Under the pieces are notes generated by a model, which saw only the letters and a program-made list of their open reading frames with translations, was not told where the DNA came from and searched no databases. Source: Candidatus Heimdallarchaeota archaeon (GTDB lineage Archaea; Asgardarchaeota; Heimdallarchaeia; Heimdallarchaeales; Heimdallarchaeaceae). Taken from it: 34,695 nt of DNA. Positions 8,476 through 21,800 of the stretch are shown here, piece by piece (within the stretch, counting starts at the first letter, position 1; each line of letters starts with the position of its first letter). The stretch is taken from NCBI GenBank assembly GCA_021399345.1, contig JAAFKI010000009.1, positions 1-34,695 on the forward strand, in the 5' to 3' direction. The position numbers and the translations under genes are program-made.

Positions 8476-9885
8476 TCAGATAAAATCTCCCGTTTCTATT
8501 TTTTGAGGTAAATAGAAATTTGTAATATATTGAGGATCTCTTGCATTTAAGGCTTGTATTTCTGCTTTGTAGCCACTAGCAAGTAATATTTGCAGTTGTT
8601 CTTCCCATCTTGGTTTTCGTTTCACAAACTCTTCTTCCAGCATTAATTTAGATCTGTGGATGTCTTTAGAAGTTAGCTTAAGTAAAGCACTTCTGGGAAT
8701 GTCAAAACCACTTTCTTGAGATAAATCACTTGGAAGTAATCCCAACCATTTGATATTAGGAACAGCTAAATGGCTGGATTCAAAACTTAACGCTTTACTA
8801 CCAACACTGTAAACTCTCATAATCTCAAAACCGTAAGGATCGGCATCCATTATTGCGAATATAGGGATGCTCAAATCATCATTTATTTTCTTAAGGAACT
8901 GTCTTGTAGCTATATCCGGTTGGCCTTTAGCAGTTATTAAAATACTTGGAACATAATCGTAGAAATGATCTTCAGCTAAACGATTGAAAACAGCATCTTT
9001 CTCTATAACCAAACACATTTCTGCATCAGTATCGAAATCGTCTATATCATCAATATTAGGAGAGATAGCTTTCCCAGCACCAATTGCTCTGCAGTCAATT
9101 AAATCTCCTTTTTCCTTGAAGCTAATTCTTCCAACAACTATTCCTTTGGAGGATGCACTCACATTAAGAGAAGACCGAGTTACTTGAAGCATTGCACCGA
9201 GATCTTCAACTAAGGAATCTGAAACAGACTGTTTTTCAAAGGAGTTAACATCCATATAGAAAATATCTCTTTTTGTACTGTGAATGTCTCTAGAAAGAAT
9301 ATTATGTATTATTTTCATAATTATGGTCATTTGTTCAACAGAACTGACAGAAGAAAGGCTTCTAAATTGTCGTTCAATCATCTGTCTACCAATTAACACA
9401 AGTTCTTGTTCTTCATCAAAACCTACATTTGATCCACTTCTAGAAGGAATGTGAAAAGATGCATCATAGGGATTAGCCAAAGCTTGTTTTAGAAAATCTA
9501 AAGCATACTCAACAAGCAAATTATTTGTATCTTGAGATGACTTTGTTTCTACATGAGTTACACCATAAGGCATAAAATATTCCTTTTTCTTTAGAAGATC
9601 TTTCTTTAAAGCTTTAACATTATCCAAAGTAACAGTTTTTTTAACACTTACACTCATTGTAGTTTTTTCTAAAGGATATCTAGATAATTTCCTGGTTGGT
9701 TCAAGTAGATACCATTTTCTGCGACTTCTCAGAAATAGAACGAAAGACCCTCTCTTTAAATCAAAAGTATCTCTCGCCCATCCATACATTTCTCTTGTAA
9801 CAATTTCTTTACTAAAACCTACTGCACGCTCTGTTGCAGGTAAAACTGTTGAATTTGAAAAAATAAAATTACTCATTTCTGTCAT
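8476..9885 (-). CDS. top6A: DNA topoisomerase VI subunit A (Spo11 family) with ~100-aa N-terminal extension
   Basis: STKRDIFY (catalytic Tyr in WHD), TOPRIM LVIEKDAVF, KGQPD, DADPYG, KAEIQAL. ATG overlaps the top6B stop (ATGA, 9882-9885). Confidence 0.97.
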   Translation of the reverse strand: MTEMSNFIFSNSTVLPATERAVGFSKEIVTREMYGWARDTFDLKRGSFVLFLRSRRKWYLLEPTRKLSRYPLEKTTMSVSVKKTVTLDNVKALKKDLLKKKEYFMPYGVTHVETKSSQDTNNLLVEYALDFLKQALANPYDASFHIPSRSGSNVGFDEEQELVLIGRQMIERQFRSLSSVSSVEQMTIIMKIIHNILSRDIHSTKRDIFYMDVNSFEKQSVSDSLVEDLGAMLQVTRSSLNVSASSKGIVVGRISFKEKGDLIDCRAIGAGKAISPNIDDIDDFDTDAEMCLVIEKDAVFNRLAEDHFYDYVPSILITAKGQPDIATRQFLKKINDDLSIPIFAIMDADPYGFEIMRVYSVGSKALSFESSHLAVPNIKWLGLLPSDLSQESGFDIPRSALLKLTSKDIHRSKLMLEEEFVKRKPRWEEQLQILLASGYKAEIQALNARDPQYITNFYLPQKIETGDFI

Positions 9886-12800
9886 TTATCTCCACCCTTT
9901 GAATTAGTTGATGATGTTTTACTCGTCTTTGAAGACGTTTTCTTCTCCCCAGACCTAGTAGCTAAATCTAATAAGGTAGTTTGTTTTGTGGAAGCCTTAG
10001 TTGGTGCTTTCTTCGGTGTCATTTTTGTAACTGGCGGTTTCATAGTAGTAGTTTTGGGGATTGCTTTTGCAACAGGTTTAGCTGTAGCAGGTTTCTTAGC
10101 AGGAGCTTTCTTAGCAGGCTTCTTAGTAGGCTTCTTAGTAGGCTTCTTAGTAGGCTTCTTAGTAGGTGGTTTGGTAGCAGGCTTAGCTTTTATTGTCTTT
10201 ATTTTCTTCAGGGGTAGTTTACTTTTGATTCTCTTAATAGCGATATAACTAAGGTTGGTTTTTCCATCAAGAGTTGATGATGGGTATACTGCAAATTCTC
10301 TAAAGGTTGTTATGCCTAATTGTCTAATCTGTTTAACAACTTCAGCATCAACATCGATTTCGTTAATTGTCTTATTCAGATGCTTCTTTAAATCAGATAC
10401 TTGCTGTAATTTCAAAACAGGTGATTTCTTTTTATCTTCGGAAGGAAACATTATTTCTTGGAGTGATTCAAAGCCCGAATTCTGTAATGAAACTACAGCT
10501 GATGCTTCTAAATAAGGCAATGTATCTTTTACAAGAATTTGATCTTTTTGGGCCAATTTAATTGATTGGTCAGTTAATGTTGATAGATAACTCTTAACCT
10601 GTCTATCAGTAATTTTGATGATTTTTGCCAAATCTTTTGTGTTGTATGCATAAACCCCCCACAAGTTGAAAATACCCTTTTCATACATTGCAAAAACGCT
10701 ACCAGGATTATCTCTAATCATATCTGTCAAATAGTAGACTGGAGAATCAAGTATTCGGTTTATTTTTACCAAGATTGAACTTCTTATTTTAGATGAACTG
10801 GCAAGAATTTCATCGGATATGTTTAGATGAGAAATTGTAGAATACCCAGTTCTAATTAATTGTTTCCTTGAATTTTCGTCAATAAAGCTAACTTTCGAAA
10901 TAGGATATAAACTAGATAAGAGTTGATTAATACTGATGAAATTAAGCTGCTTAATTATGGTTTGCATTGATGTTTGTTGTTTTTCAGTTAAACTTGACTT
11001 GATTTGTTTATTAATATCTGTAGGTAAAACTAGATCTAATACTTGATGGATATTCAAATCTCTTAGCTTCTTAAGGAGAGTTTGATCAAACGTGAATATT
11101 GATAAAGGTGCCCTCAAAGTCGATAGAATCTGTTCGAATTCTTGCTCCAAATTTTGAGCAGATGTTATTTTAACATAATTAATAAGGGATCCAAAAGTTC
11201 TAATTTTCTTCCTTTTTAGAAACTGCAAGTATTCAGTCGTTTTAAAGAAACTACTTAATCTGCTTTGTTCATTGCTTACCGATTGAGTTATCTTATCAAA
11301 TTTCAACACAGATAAAATATCTGAACATAATGCTTTAGATTCTACTTTCTGAGTAGTTTTGCAGAAGGTTAGAAGATCATACACATTGCTCAGTTTCAAC
11401 CTAGTTACTTCTTCTGATTTTCTTTTGTCCTGTATTATACTTGGAAGTACTGTCAAATCAGTTTCCATAACTTTACTTATCTTATTGCAAATAGTCAGAA
11501 CCTTAGAATCACCCTTCTTACTCTGCTCAAGAAAGACTAAAGCCTCTTCTATTGATTTGATATTGCTATTATTGAGAGTATTCACCTCAGTTGTCGTAAG
11601 AAGGGAAGATGGGAATGATGTCATGTTCTGCGATAATTCTTGTAATAAACTTAAAGAGAGGTTTCGAACATTACGCTGCACATTTTTATCAGAAATCTGG
11701 TCGTATAGTTGTTTTCGGGATAACAATAGAAGCTCACTTATCTTCTTATATTTAGTAGAGGATACTTGATGAATAGAATCAGCGGTTAGTTTAGTTAAGA
11801 TTACAGGAGAGCGATTTAGAGAGGAGAAAAGTAATTCAATTGTTGGTTTTATTTTGTCATGTAATTTACGCCAAATTTCATCAAACATTTGTGCATTATA
11901 TTCTTTAAGAAGAAGTAAATATTCAATTGACATTTCTGGACAATGGGATTTCTTTGCACTTGGGTCAATTTTCAAAATGGTACATAATTGTGTCCCTCTG
12001 GAGAAAAAGAAATCTGCTGTTGATACGATTAATTCTTTCTGTTTTTTAGTTATAGCTAGGTTTTCTGTACTATTAATGAGGAAGAGTAACTCAAGTATTG
12101 TTAATGATTCATCGAGTTTAGGTTCATAATTCTTGATATCGAATGTTTGAATGAAATCCATTTTTGGTTTAATTGTCTTAGGTATAGCTTTGTCGGAGTA
12201 GAGGTTTTCTACTAGTTGATCATATGTTTTGTAACCTATATTGTTTAATTTTTCTATATCCTGTTGGGAAAAAATAATATTGGATTTCAAGGAAGGTTCC
12301 CTAATCATATTCTCTACGTTGAATGAACTCCTTATTTTAGGGATATCACTCTGGGGAATTGAAAGAAAAGATGAAAGATCCTTGTCTGAGAGTTTTAAAA
12401 GATCTGTTACAGTATCATTCGATGAGTGAAGTTTCTTCCAAACTTTAAGAGAGATTTTAGGGACCATAATTAGTTTTACAGGTGTTGTAAGTGTCCTCTG
12501 AACCTTATTGATTAAAGTTCTAGAAACGCCATAATCTTCTGATTCAATGGCATAAAGAATTTCATCTATAGTTTGATAATATTCACTAATTTCTTTGATT
12601 GTTTCAGCATCAAATACGCCTAGGGATGAAATATCAGGTCGTTTTCTAATCTGGCTTTTGATTTTACTTAATGTCAATGTTGAAAGTAATGCGAGAACCT
12701 TAGAACCTGTTGGTTTTGCCGAAAACTCGTTCCAATAAGTTTGAGATTTGATAAGAATATCTATAATTAGGAAATTGTTATTCTTGTTAAGGTTCTTAAC

Positions 12801-15800
12801 ATCGCTTGTAGTCAATTTCGACAAAGCTGATAGAGGATGTTTAAGAGTTCTGAGAATTTTCTTGTTAGGTTCTGAGATCTTTTCATAATTCTTATACAAT
12901 TCTGAAAGAAACTCATTTAGCTGCTTAATTTTCTTCTTAGGAATAGATTTAGAAAGTGTAATTAATTCTGTCTCGGAAAAGAGCTGAGCAGCTGTAATAT
13001 ATTCTTTGTCCAATTGTTCATCTACTGAGGCAAACTCTTGTAGAAAAGTAATAATTGTCTTAGTTTCAACCTCATCAACCGAACTAAGAAGGTCTTGGAT
13101 ACTGAAGATTCCTTTGTCATAATATTGCTTCTCGATTTCTGAAATAGTCAATTTGGTTATGTTTGGATAATAGAGTATAGATGTTTCCAGAATTGTTTCA
13201 ATTTTATCTTTGATCTTCTTGAGCTTATTCTCTGAAATTAACCAAGAATAAGCTGAATATTCGTTCAAATCAGATATACTATAAATTCCAATTGACTTTA
13301 GGAAGTCTTTGTCAGTATTAGATAATAAGAAGAACTCACGATCAACTGATTCTATATTTGCATCTATTTTTTGTTTTAATTCTTCATAAATGATTGAATC
13401 TATTGTGGTTGTTATTTTTGATATACTCATTTTTGTTTGAGTTGCAATAGTTTTTGGTGAAACTACTAATAAATCAGATATTGTAAAAATACCTGAACGC
13501 TTCAATCTATTATACTCAGTAGATTCTAAATCTAGAAATCGTAAATTAGCCAATAGATAAGGTGCAAATTTTGAAAACAACTCTTTATCTGTCTTAAAAT
13601 TCGCAGAAGTTAGCAAAGAGGTATAAGAATAATATCCTCTTTTCTGAAGATCTTGTTCAGTTTCAGATAGTGATTTAACAAATCCTACTTCTGAAATTGT
13701 CTTAATTGCTTTTAGGGAAGGAGTAATTTCATCTCGTATTTTCTTCGGATGATCCTTGAAATAAATCAATAAGTCTTCAATGATTTGAAAATTATTACTC
13801 AAACAGTATTCAATTGTTTCATTTGTTAAATTGGGTAAAATACTAACGCTTCTACCTAATCTGTCTCTTAATTCAAGAAGATCAGTGAGTTTAATTTGGC
13901 CTTTAGAAGTCAAATACGTATCAGGAACATAAAGAAGATGATCCACCGTAGATAATCCTGTCTGTAACATCGAAGCTGTAACTGATTTGGCCAACCCTAG
14001 TTCTTCAACCGACATACCAAACTTTTGGATGCCGTATAACTGTTTAATCAGAAAAGTAGGATCAGTTTGCTGATTGGATATCAACTTCTTAAGACTAGAT
14101 GGCCATTTTTCTTGAGGTATTTCTAACAAATCAGTATATGTTAATATTTTTTCGTCAACTAGTTGTTCAATATTCTTTCTGCTCATTTTCAGAACTTTAC
14201 CAATTAATGTAATAGGAGTTTGAAGTATAGAGACTAGTTCTCTGACACTTTGCATCTCTTCTTCAGTTAGAGGAAGCTCGTTTATCTGAAGGTGTGCAGC
14301 CTGTGTAAGTGAAACACACCCGTGTTCCATCAAAACCCTCTTTATTTTATCATTTAGTTTTCCAATAAGTTGTATATCTAATCCAACTAGTTTTGCGTTT
14401 GATTCAAGAACTTCTAAATCAATGTTTAGCTTTATTTCCTCTATTTTTTCTTTACTTACATTCATGAATTGGGATAAATAAGAAACAGGCATAAATAAGA
14501 ACTGAAATACATTTCTTACACCTTTTTGTTTCAATTTCTTAACATTAGATACAGATAAGCCATCTATGGATGCAACACTGAAATTCTTCAGAGAGAGTAG
14601 TATTGACCTTAACTCCTCATACACAGAATGATTTTCAATAATGAGACTATCCAAAGAAAGCAGTTCATCCAAATATAGTACTTTGGCTGTTTTTAGCTTC
14701 CTCAAAAGTTTTTGATCTTTGATGAGATTTAAGTCAGTAAGTTTAAGCGACCATTCTGGAGGTTTAATTTTGAAGATATTCTCATTGACCACTTCTTTAA
14801 ATTTAGAATGAAACTGCTCAGAGAAATATCTAGTATCAGTTGATTGTTTATCATCATCCAGCATTAAGAGAGCAGAAATGATGTTGTTTACCTTCTTATC
14901 TCTAAAAACAGTTAAGTCTTCTAGTTGGAGATCTGATTGATCTACTAACCAGGTAACAGGTTTGAATAAGTTTGATGTAGCAGTACTTAGAAGATTTTTC
15001 TCCTTATTTGTTAATTCAAACAATGGATGGTGCATAAAATCAAAAAGGAATAGAGCGGTAGTTAGTCCATAGGTCTTGAATTTTCCGCGCATTTCTTTAG
15101 GTAAACTAAGTTTTTGTTCGATATATGGGGAAAATGTTTCTGACATTCTAACACTTAGATTGAAGCTGCGTTGAAACTCTCTGATAGCTCTAACTGCTTC
15201 TCTTGGAATATCTTTGAGATCTTGTATATTTGTTGAGATAAGTTCAATCACATGTTTAATCCCCATATTCCAAAGAACTGCTTTGGTTTCAATATCAAAA
15301 TATGAAAGAGAAAGAGTACTCAAGCTCAAGAAACTCACTAACTGCTCAACAAATGATATATTGGTGATTTTTTCTATTCTTTCAGTTTCAGTAAATTGCA
15401 ATAAATGTTCAGGAACAAACCCAAACAAATCCTCAACAGTTTTCTTTGATGGTTCAAAATAAAGATCCCTTAAAATGTTGAGAATTGGTTCATTGAGTAG
15501 CAGTTCAGTTCCCTTTATCAGAGTGAAATTACCCCTTCTAACCTCATTGGTTTCTTTGCTAAATTTCCCACCTAAGGCATTCTTTAATTCTGAGTCATTA
15601 GTGCATAAGAAATCGATAACTCTAAGAATACCCATTTGCGATAATTTTATTTTTGTTTCTGGTGATAACTCCTTAATGCGGTAAATTGATACGTTACAGC
15701 TGTTAAGGAAGTCTCTCAGAACATTATCAGAAACATTAGCAATTGTAAATGCCTGGTAATATTGACTATAGACATCTTGAACCAGATCCCTATCAGATTT

Positions 15801-18800
15801 TAGTAGATAGTTCACAGTTGATTTGGAAAGAACAGGAAAGTCTGTCAGTTTTACTCCCTTCTTTTCTATTTCTTCAAGAAGATTTTCAGAGTTTATCTTA
15901 TCTAGGTACTTTCGTACTTCTGTTTCTTCCATGTCCAGAATTATTGCAATGGTTGAAACATCTTCAGTAATAAATGAAAGTATATCTCCAACTCCAGAAT
16001 AAACTAATTTCTGTACTTGTTGATTATTCAATCCAAGGAAGGCAACTGATGAAAGATATAACTGAACATCACGAAATACATCAAGCTTAACTAAGTGAGG
16101 ATGAGAATCTCTTAATTCAGACATTCTAGAATTGAAATCTTGAATTGAGTTTATACCCAATTGCTTAATTTTCTCAAGATAATCCTCCTCTATCGAAGGT
16201 AACAAATCTAAAGATAAAGCGGTTTCTGCTCTCTTCTCTGCGACTTCATCTAAGGAGAGAATATCTAGTGCATGAAATTCCTTGTAAATTGGATTCTGTG
16301 TTATATGAAATAATTCTTTTTTGTTTAATAAAGCTAAATCTATAACAGAATTAATGTCATAAAATTCTAGCCTTTTAATCTCATCAGAGGCCAAGAAACC
16401 AACAAATCTTATTGAGCCTGAGAGAATTTCCTTCACTTTTGAATAGTTTTCAGCAGGTAAAACTGAAGACACGTTCTGTGTTTCAGCTGAGTAGTAAAGT
16501 GATTCAATATCAAGAATACCTATCTTCTTTAAGGATTCAATATGTTTATCCGTTATGAGTACAGAAGCAACAATGTCATGGGTTTGAGCTTTTTTAAATG
16601 ATTGAATTAATGAATAATCAAGATTATCTTGAATTTCTCTAATATATCTTTGAGGTATTCCTGTTATTTCTGAAATTGTTTTAACTGGTGTTGAGAAGAA
16701 GTCTATTAATGTGTTAATTGAGGATTTACTTAGTTTTAAAGCCAATTCTCTTGGTAATCCCATTGAGGAAATTGGAACAGCCAAATCAGCAACCATGTTA
16801 TTTAAAGAATCAACTTCCTGCAATTTATTATAAAATGGTGCTAAAGCTGAATGTTCAACTAAGTCAATGTCAAATACATCACCAATTTTAGTATTTTTGT
16901 ACTCCTCTCTTCTAATCTTCTTGATTCTATTGAAAAATGGAGTTATTCTGATAGGAAGTTCGAGAAGAGCTCGAATTAGTGTTAAATTATAATTATCAGT
17001 AAGAGAGTGTTTATCTTTTGAGAGTAGAAGTGAAATAACTTTTTTGTCAGTTACAACATCTGAAAGTGTTTTTTCTTCAAAATCTTGAACTATATTCCTG
17101 AAGAATGAAGAATTGTAAACGGATGATGGCAATTTTGCAAAATAATGGAATGCGCGCATTTCTAGCATTTTAGAGGAATAAGTAGAAATTGACCTATAAA
17201 GAACAGGATCTTTTATTTCTTCATCAGGAAGGAAGAGGAGTTGGTGCACATATTTAATATTATTATGTTCCCATACCTCTAGCGAATATTCTGATATTTC
17301 AGTGAAGATTCTTAATGGCAAATCTAGCACCTTTTTAACAGCTGATACTTTTGACCACAAATCTGGGTTTGATGGATAGAATTCTTCCTCTACGACATAG
17401 TATATTTCTTGAATTGTCTGAAATCTTTCAAATTGGATAATTGAATCACGGCTTAACTGTCTTTGTTCTAATTTGTCAAATAACTTTGTTTCTGCAGCAA
17501 ATATTCCCCTATCTTCATATGAAGCTTGTATGGTCTGAGCAGTTAATGAATTTTTTAATGCATTTAGATCTTTAGATGGGATTTCCAGCAATTTAGTTAA
17601 TTTCTGATTCGATGTTAAAATGAAATCAGCTATGGTTGGAATTTTAATTTCTCTTAAAATCTCTGTCTGTTCAAATGTTAGAGAGGGAATGTAGTAACTT
17701 GGCAGTGTAAAAGTACCTAAAATATCAGATAATGCTAATCCTCGCTTAATATTTTCAAAACGTTCATCTGGGATTCCAGTTTTTTCCATTAAATTCTCTG
17801 GTGAGATAAGCATGAATCCTAGTAGTGTTGTAATTTCAACTTTCTTCAGGATTTCAATAAGTTCCTTATCTAGCATATCGGAGATATATTTCAGTGGTAA
17901 GTTCAATACTTGTTTGAATGATTTAATTATCTTCCATGGAAGTTCAGAAACGGTCCATTCACGTTCAGAAGTGGAGAAATAAATGTCTTCAATTGTAACT
18001 AAATTATATTCTTCTAGGATATCAACAATATGTGGCTTAAAGATATCTAGCTCTGAAAGATCTGTTCCAGTGTCACTTATTCTTAAGTTTCTTTGCATTA
18101 ATGCTGCTTCTTTTGGACTAATACCCAAGACAGACTCAAGAATATCCTTCTTAACGATCAGTAAATCAACAATTCTAGAAATTCCGCTATTTCTAAGTGT
18201 ATTCAATTGATCGGTAGAAAGAGTAGAGATTTGAATTTCATCAATTTCCTTTATCGTTTCAGTTTCTTCATCCTGCACTTCTTTCTTAACAACTTTCTCC
18301 CAAGCTACTAATGTGAGTGGTGATCGTAATAGTTTTCTAAACTTATCAATTACATTCCAATGGACTAAAGAAGCAGAAAAAGTTAAGGGGTGGGATAAAT
18401 AGAAAATCTTGTCAACTGAATCATAACCAGCTAGAATCAGTGATTCAATTTCATGAGTGGAAAACCGTTCGGATTCCTCATATTCAAAGGAAATTAAGGA
18501 TTTTAACCGACTTCTTTCTCCCTTGATAAAGAAACTAGTTCCTTTCTGCTCAATTTTGAAATCTTTGAATATATTATTAATTCCATCTTCAGTTTTGTTA
18601 AGAATAGATCCCAATTCTTTTGTTGAGTATTCAAATAATTGATGCATAGCTATAATATTTTCTGTTCGTAAATCTTCATATTCTTGTAAAGTAAGATTAC
18701 CAATTCTCGATATTGGTAAACTTAAAGCTCTTTCAAACTCATCATATTCACTAATCAATAGAACTTGTTTGTTTAAGTCACTTGTTTCCTCAATATCTCG

Positions 18801-21800
18801 ATTCTTTATCATATGATAGAGTTCTAAAATAATTTTTCTATGGGAAGCTGTTGATAGCTCAGATTCAATGATTTCAGGGATAAGGTCTAGAAATTGTCTG
18901 ATGGTAATAATGTTTCTTACATTTAATCTTAGAAGAGCTTCTTTCACTTCCCCTAGTTTCTTGGAGTTCTTAGAGAATAATTGTGCAAGTTCTATAATTT
19001 CAAGCTGGGAAAGCTTGCTCAAGTGATCAATCTTCTTCCATAATCCTTGTGATAAACTAACTTTTTCTGAGGGGTAGAGATAAAATAAATCTTGAAGGGT
19101 TTCATTAGTTTCTCCAAAATAAGAGATTAACCGTGGAAATAGACTGTTCAACTGAGATAGAGGTTTACCGAATGTTTTTCTATTAATCTCAATTTCAGCA
19201 AGAGAAACAACATCTTTCATTGCTTCTATTTCTTCTATTTTGTAACCCAATATACTTGCTAATTCTTCATCAGGCCAGATCAGAAAGCGACCCAAGCAGT
19301 TAATCCCCACTTCTTTCAACAAGTAGGATGATTTTCTAAGTTGTGGGAACGAGAATATGATAGGTGTTCTGAGAATATTTGCTATTTCAAAATATTTCTT
19401 TTTATTCTCTGCTGATAATAAATAAGATTCAGCTGAATTGAAGAACAACTCCTCTAGAACAATAATCCCACATTCTTTTAGTATTTCTTCGTGTCCCAAC
19501 CACTTTGGTAATGGTGTTCCTAGGGTTTTCTTGATCTGGTCAACTTCTCTCTTCTTTAGACCCATTTTTCTTAGTTGCGGTGAAGAATAAGAGAGAAATA
19601 TTGAAGAATTAAAAATCTGGTTTCGGTGCAGTTCTGTTTCGACATTACTAGGTATAATCTTAATATGGCTTGAATTGTGACCTTTTTCAGATATTTGCAG
19701 AGAAAACAAAATTGTGAATTTTGTTTCTTTCATAAGTAGTTCTGCGAGATCGATTAATTTCTTGTCTTGAATTTCTTCAGCTGCAAAATATAACAGCTGA
19801 GCTAAAGATTTGACGCCCTTGGCTGCCAATGATTTAATCATTAAAGCTTCATCATTTTTGAGCTCCTTACTCTCAATAAACTCAAAAGCTGAAAGATTGA
19901 TTGATGGAGATTGTTTAACAAGGAGTTTTAGATAGGTTGAATACAAAATCCTTTCCATTTCTTTAACTTGGACAAGATCATCTGTAGAAGTGTTAATGAA
20001 GCTCTCAATTGTTCTAATTTTTCTCCTATGAAAAGCATTTTTTGTATATCCATCTGTCCAATCGGGAGTCATTTTAGTTATGTTTGTGGCTTTGAAAGTA
20101 GGAAACTTATTTGACATTTTAATGAATACTTCTTTTAAGTAATCAATGAATATCGCAGTTATTTCCTGTTGATAGTTAATCCCATCGGGAAGTTGTGTTT
20201 GATAAATAAATTCTTCAACAGTTAAATCAGCTGCTAGAATTTCATTTGATAGTTTTTTGAAGACTTTGAAAGGTGGGAAGAGATGTTCAATTTTCAATTG
20301 ACCTTTAGCAGTTAAAGAATCAGCAACAAATTTGCTTTTAGGTGAAGTCTTTGAACCATCATTCTTTCTGTTCTGGAGTAAAAGTTGATTAATTAACTCA
20401 TCTTTCTTGTTCTCAAACAATTTCTCTAAAAGACCAGAGACTGTTTTTAATTTTGCAGATTCAGTAGCTAAATAATGGTAACTATTTTGAATCCATCTTC
20501 GATTTAGAGCATCTTTTAATGAAATAGAATTTTTGTCAAATCGTTTTTCTACAGCTCTTGAAACAAAGATTTTAGAGTCAAATTGAGGACTTAGTCCTTC
20601 CTTATCTAACTCAAAAATTGTTCTTAGTTTAATATTGTAAATAGATTTTTCATCAAGTGTTAAAATAGTCATTAAAACCTTATTTGGTGTTAGTAAGAAA
20701 TCAGAAACTGACAAGATATTCTTGTTCTTTAATATATTTTGAGTTGATGTAGAACACCAAATATTTAGACCGAAAAGTCTTTGTCCTAGAGGCATGAATA
20801 ACTTTGCTTTTTTAGAAGATCCATGAGCTAAAGAAGACGCAATTCTATTTTTCTCAAATCGAAAATCAGCCATCCCAATACCTTCATCCTCAATAATCTG
20901 AGAAAGATTTTCTACAATTATAGGTGCAGATTTGACGAATCGTGATAGTCTAGCATGTTCTCTTCGCCTTCTTTTAGCCCTACCCAAGAAGGTCTTTAAT
21001 CTTCTTCCAAGTTGTTGCAGAGCTAATCGTATTTCTTCTTCAATCTCTGGAACAATGGAGATATATTCTTTACTTGTCTCTGGAAAAGGTATTTTTGTAC
21101 TAACTACTGAAACTGTAACAGCTAAAGGATCTGATTGTCTAGTAAGCCCATATTCATTCCATCTTATGGAAGAAACAACATGACTAATAACATCATTACC
21201 TGCACCAAAAATCAAAGGGATTCTGTTTGCATACCGGTAAATTATTTTATTATCTTGAACATTGGTACCTCGTTGTTGAGAAGCTTCTGTAACACCCCCC
21301 CCATAACCTATGGCTGCTTCTACAACAAACGGATGTCCAGAATAAGCTTTTGGTGGTCTAGAAATAGCTTCAGCAAATTTAGGATTTAATTCTTTTTCAA
21401 GACCTCTCTTCAATCTCCCTGCACCGAGAGGAGAAAGTGCAGTCCCTTTTGGTGGATCAAACTGAAAAACTCTATCACGTTTTCGTTTTACTTCTTTTGC
21501 TTCTTGATAGGCTTTCACAAATCCCTCATGTACAATTCTACGTATTTCTTTTGAAGTTAACTCGTTAGGATGTTTATTGGGATCTATTTCTAATAATTGA
21601 AAGAAATCTTCAGCAATTTCTTTGGTTACTCCCATAAATTGATTTGCAAGAAAATCTTTGAGTTTTTTATCATTATTCGCGCTCAATTCTGCTTTGAACT
21701 GTGTGATATCACACCCATATGGATGAATCTTGACAACTTGAGGAGGTGGAGGCATGTCATCTACTACACTCTCAAAAATGAATTCATCAAATTCACCCTC

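Noticed and set aside
8476-9885. Meiotic Spo11 call
   Set aside because: Coupled to a Top6B with intact ATPase motifs, so this is archaeal Top6A.
10215-20740. Intein or inserted mobile element explaining the length of top6B
   Set aside because: The extra sequence lies after the complete core, not within it. No intein splice-junction, LAGLIDADG or transposase motifs were recognised.
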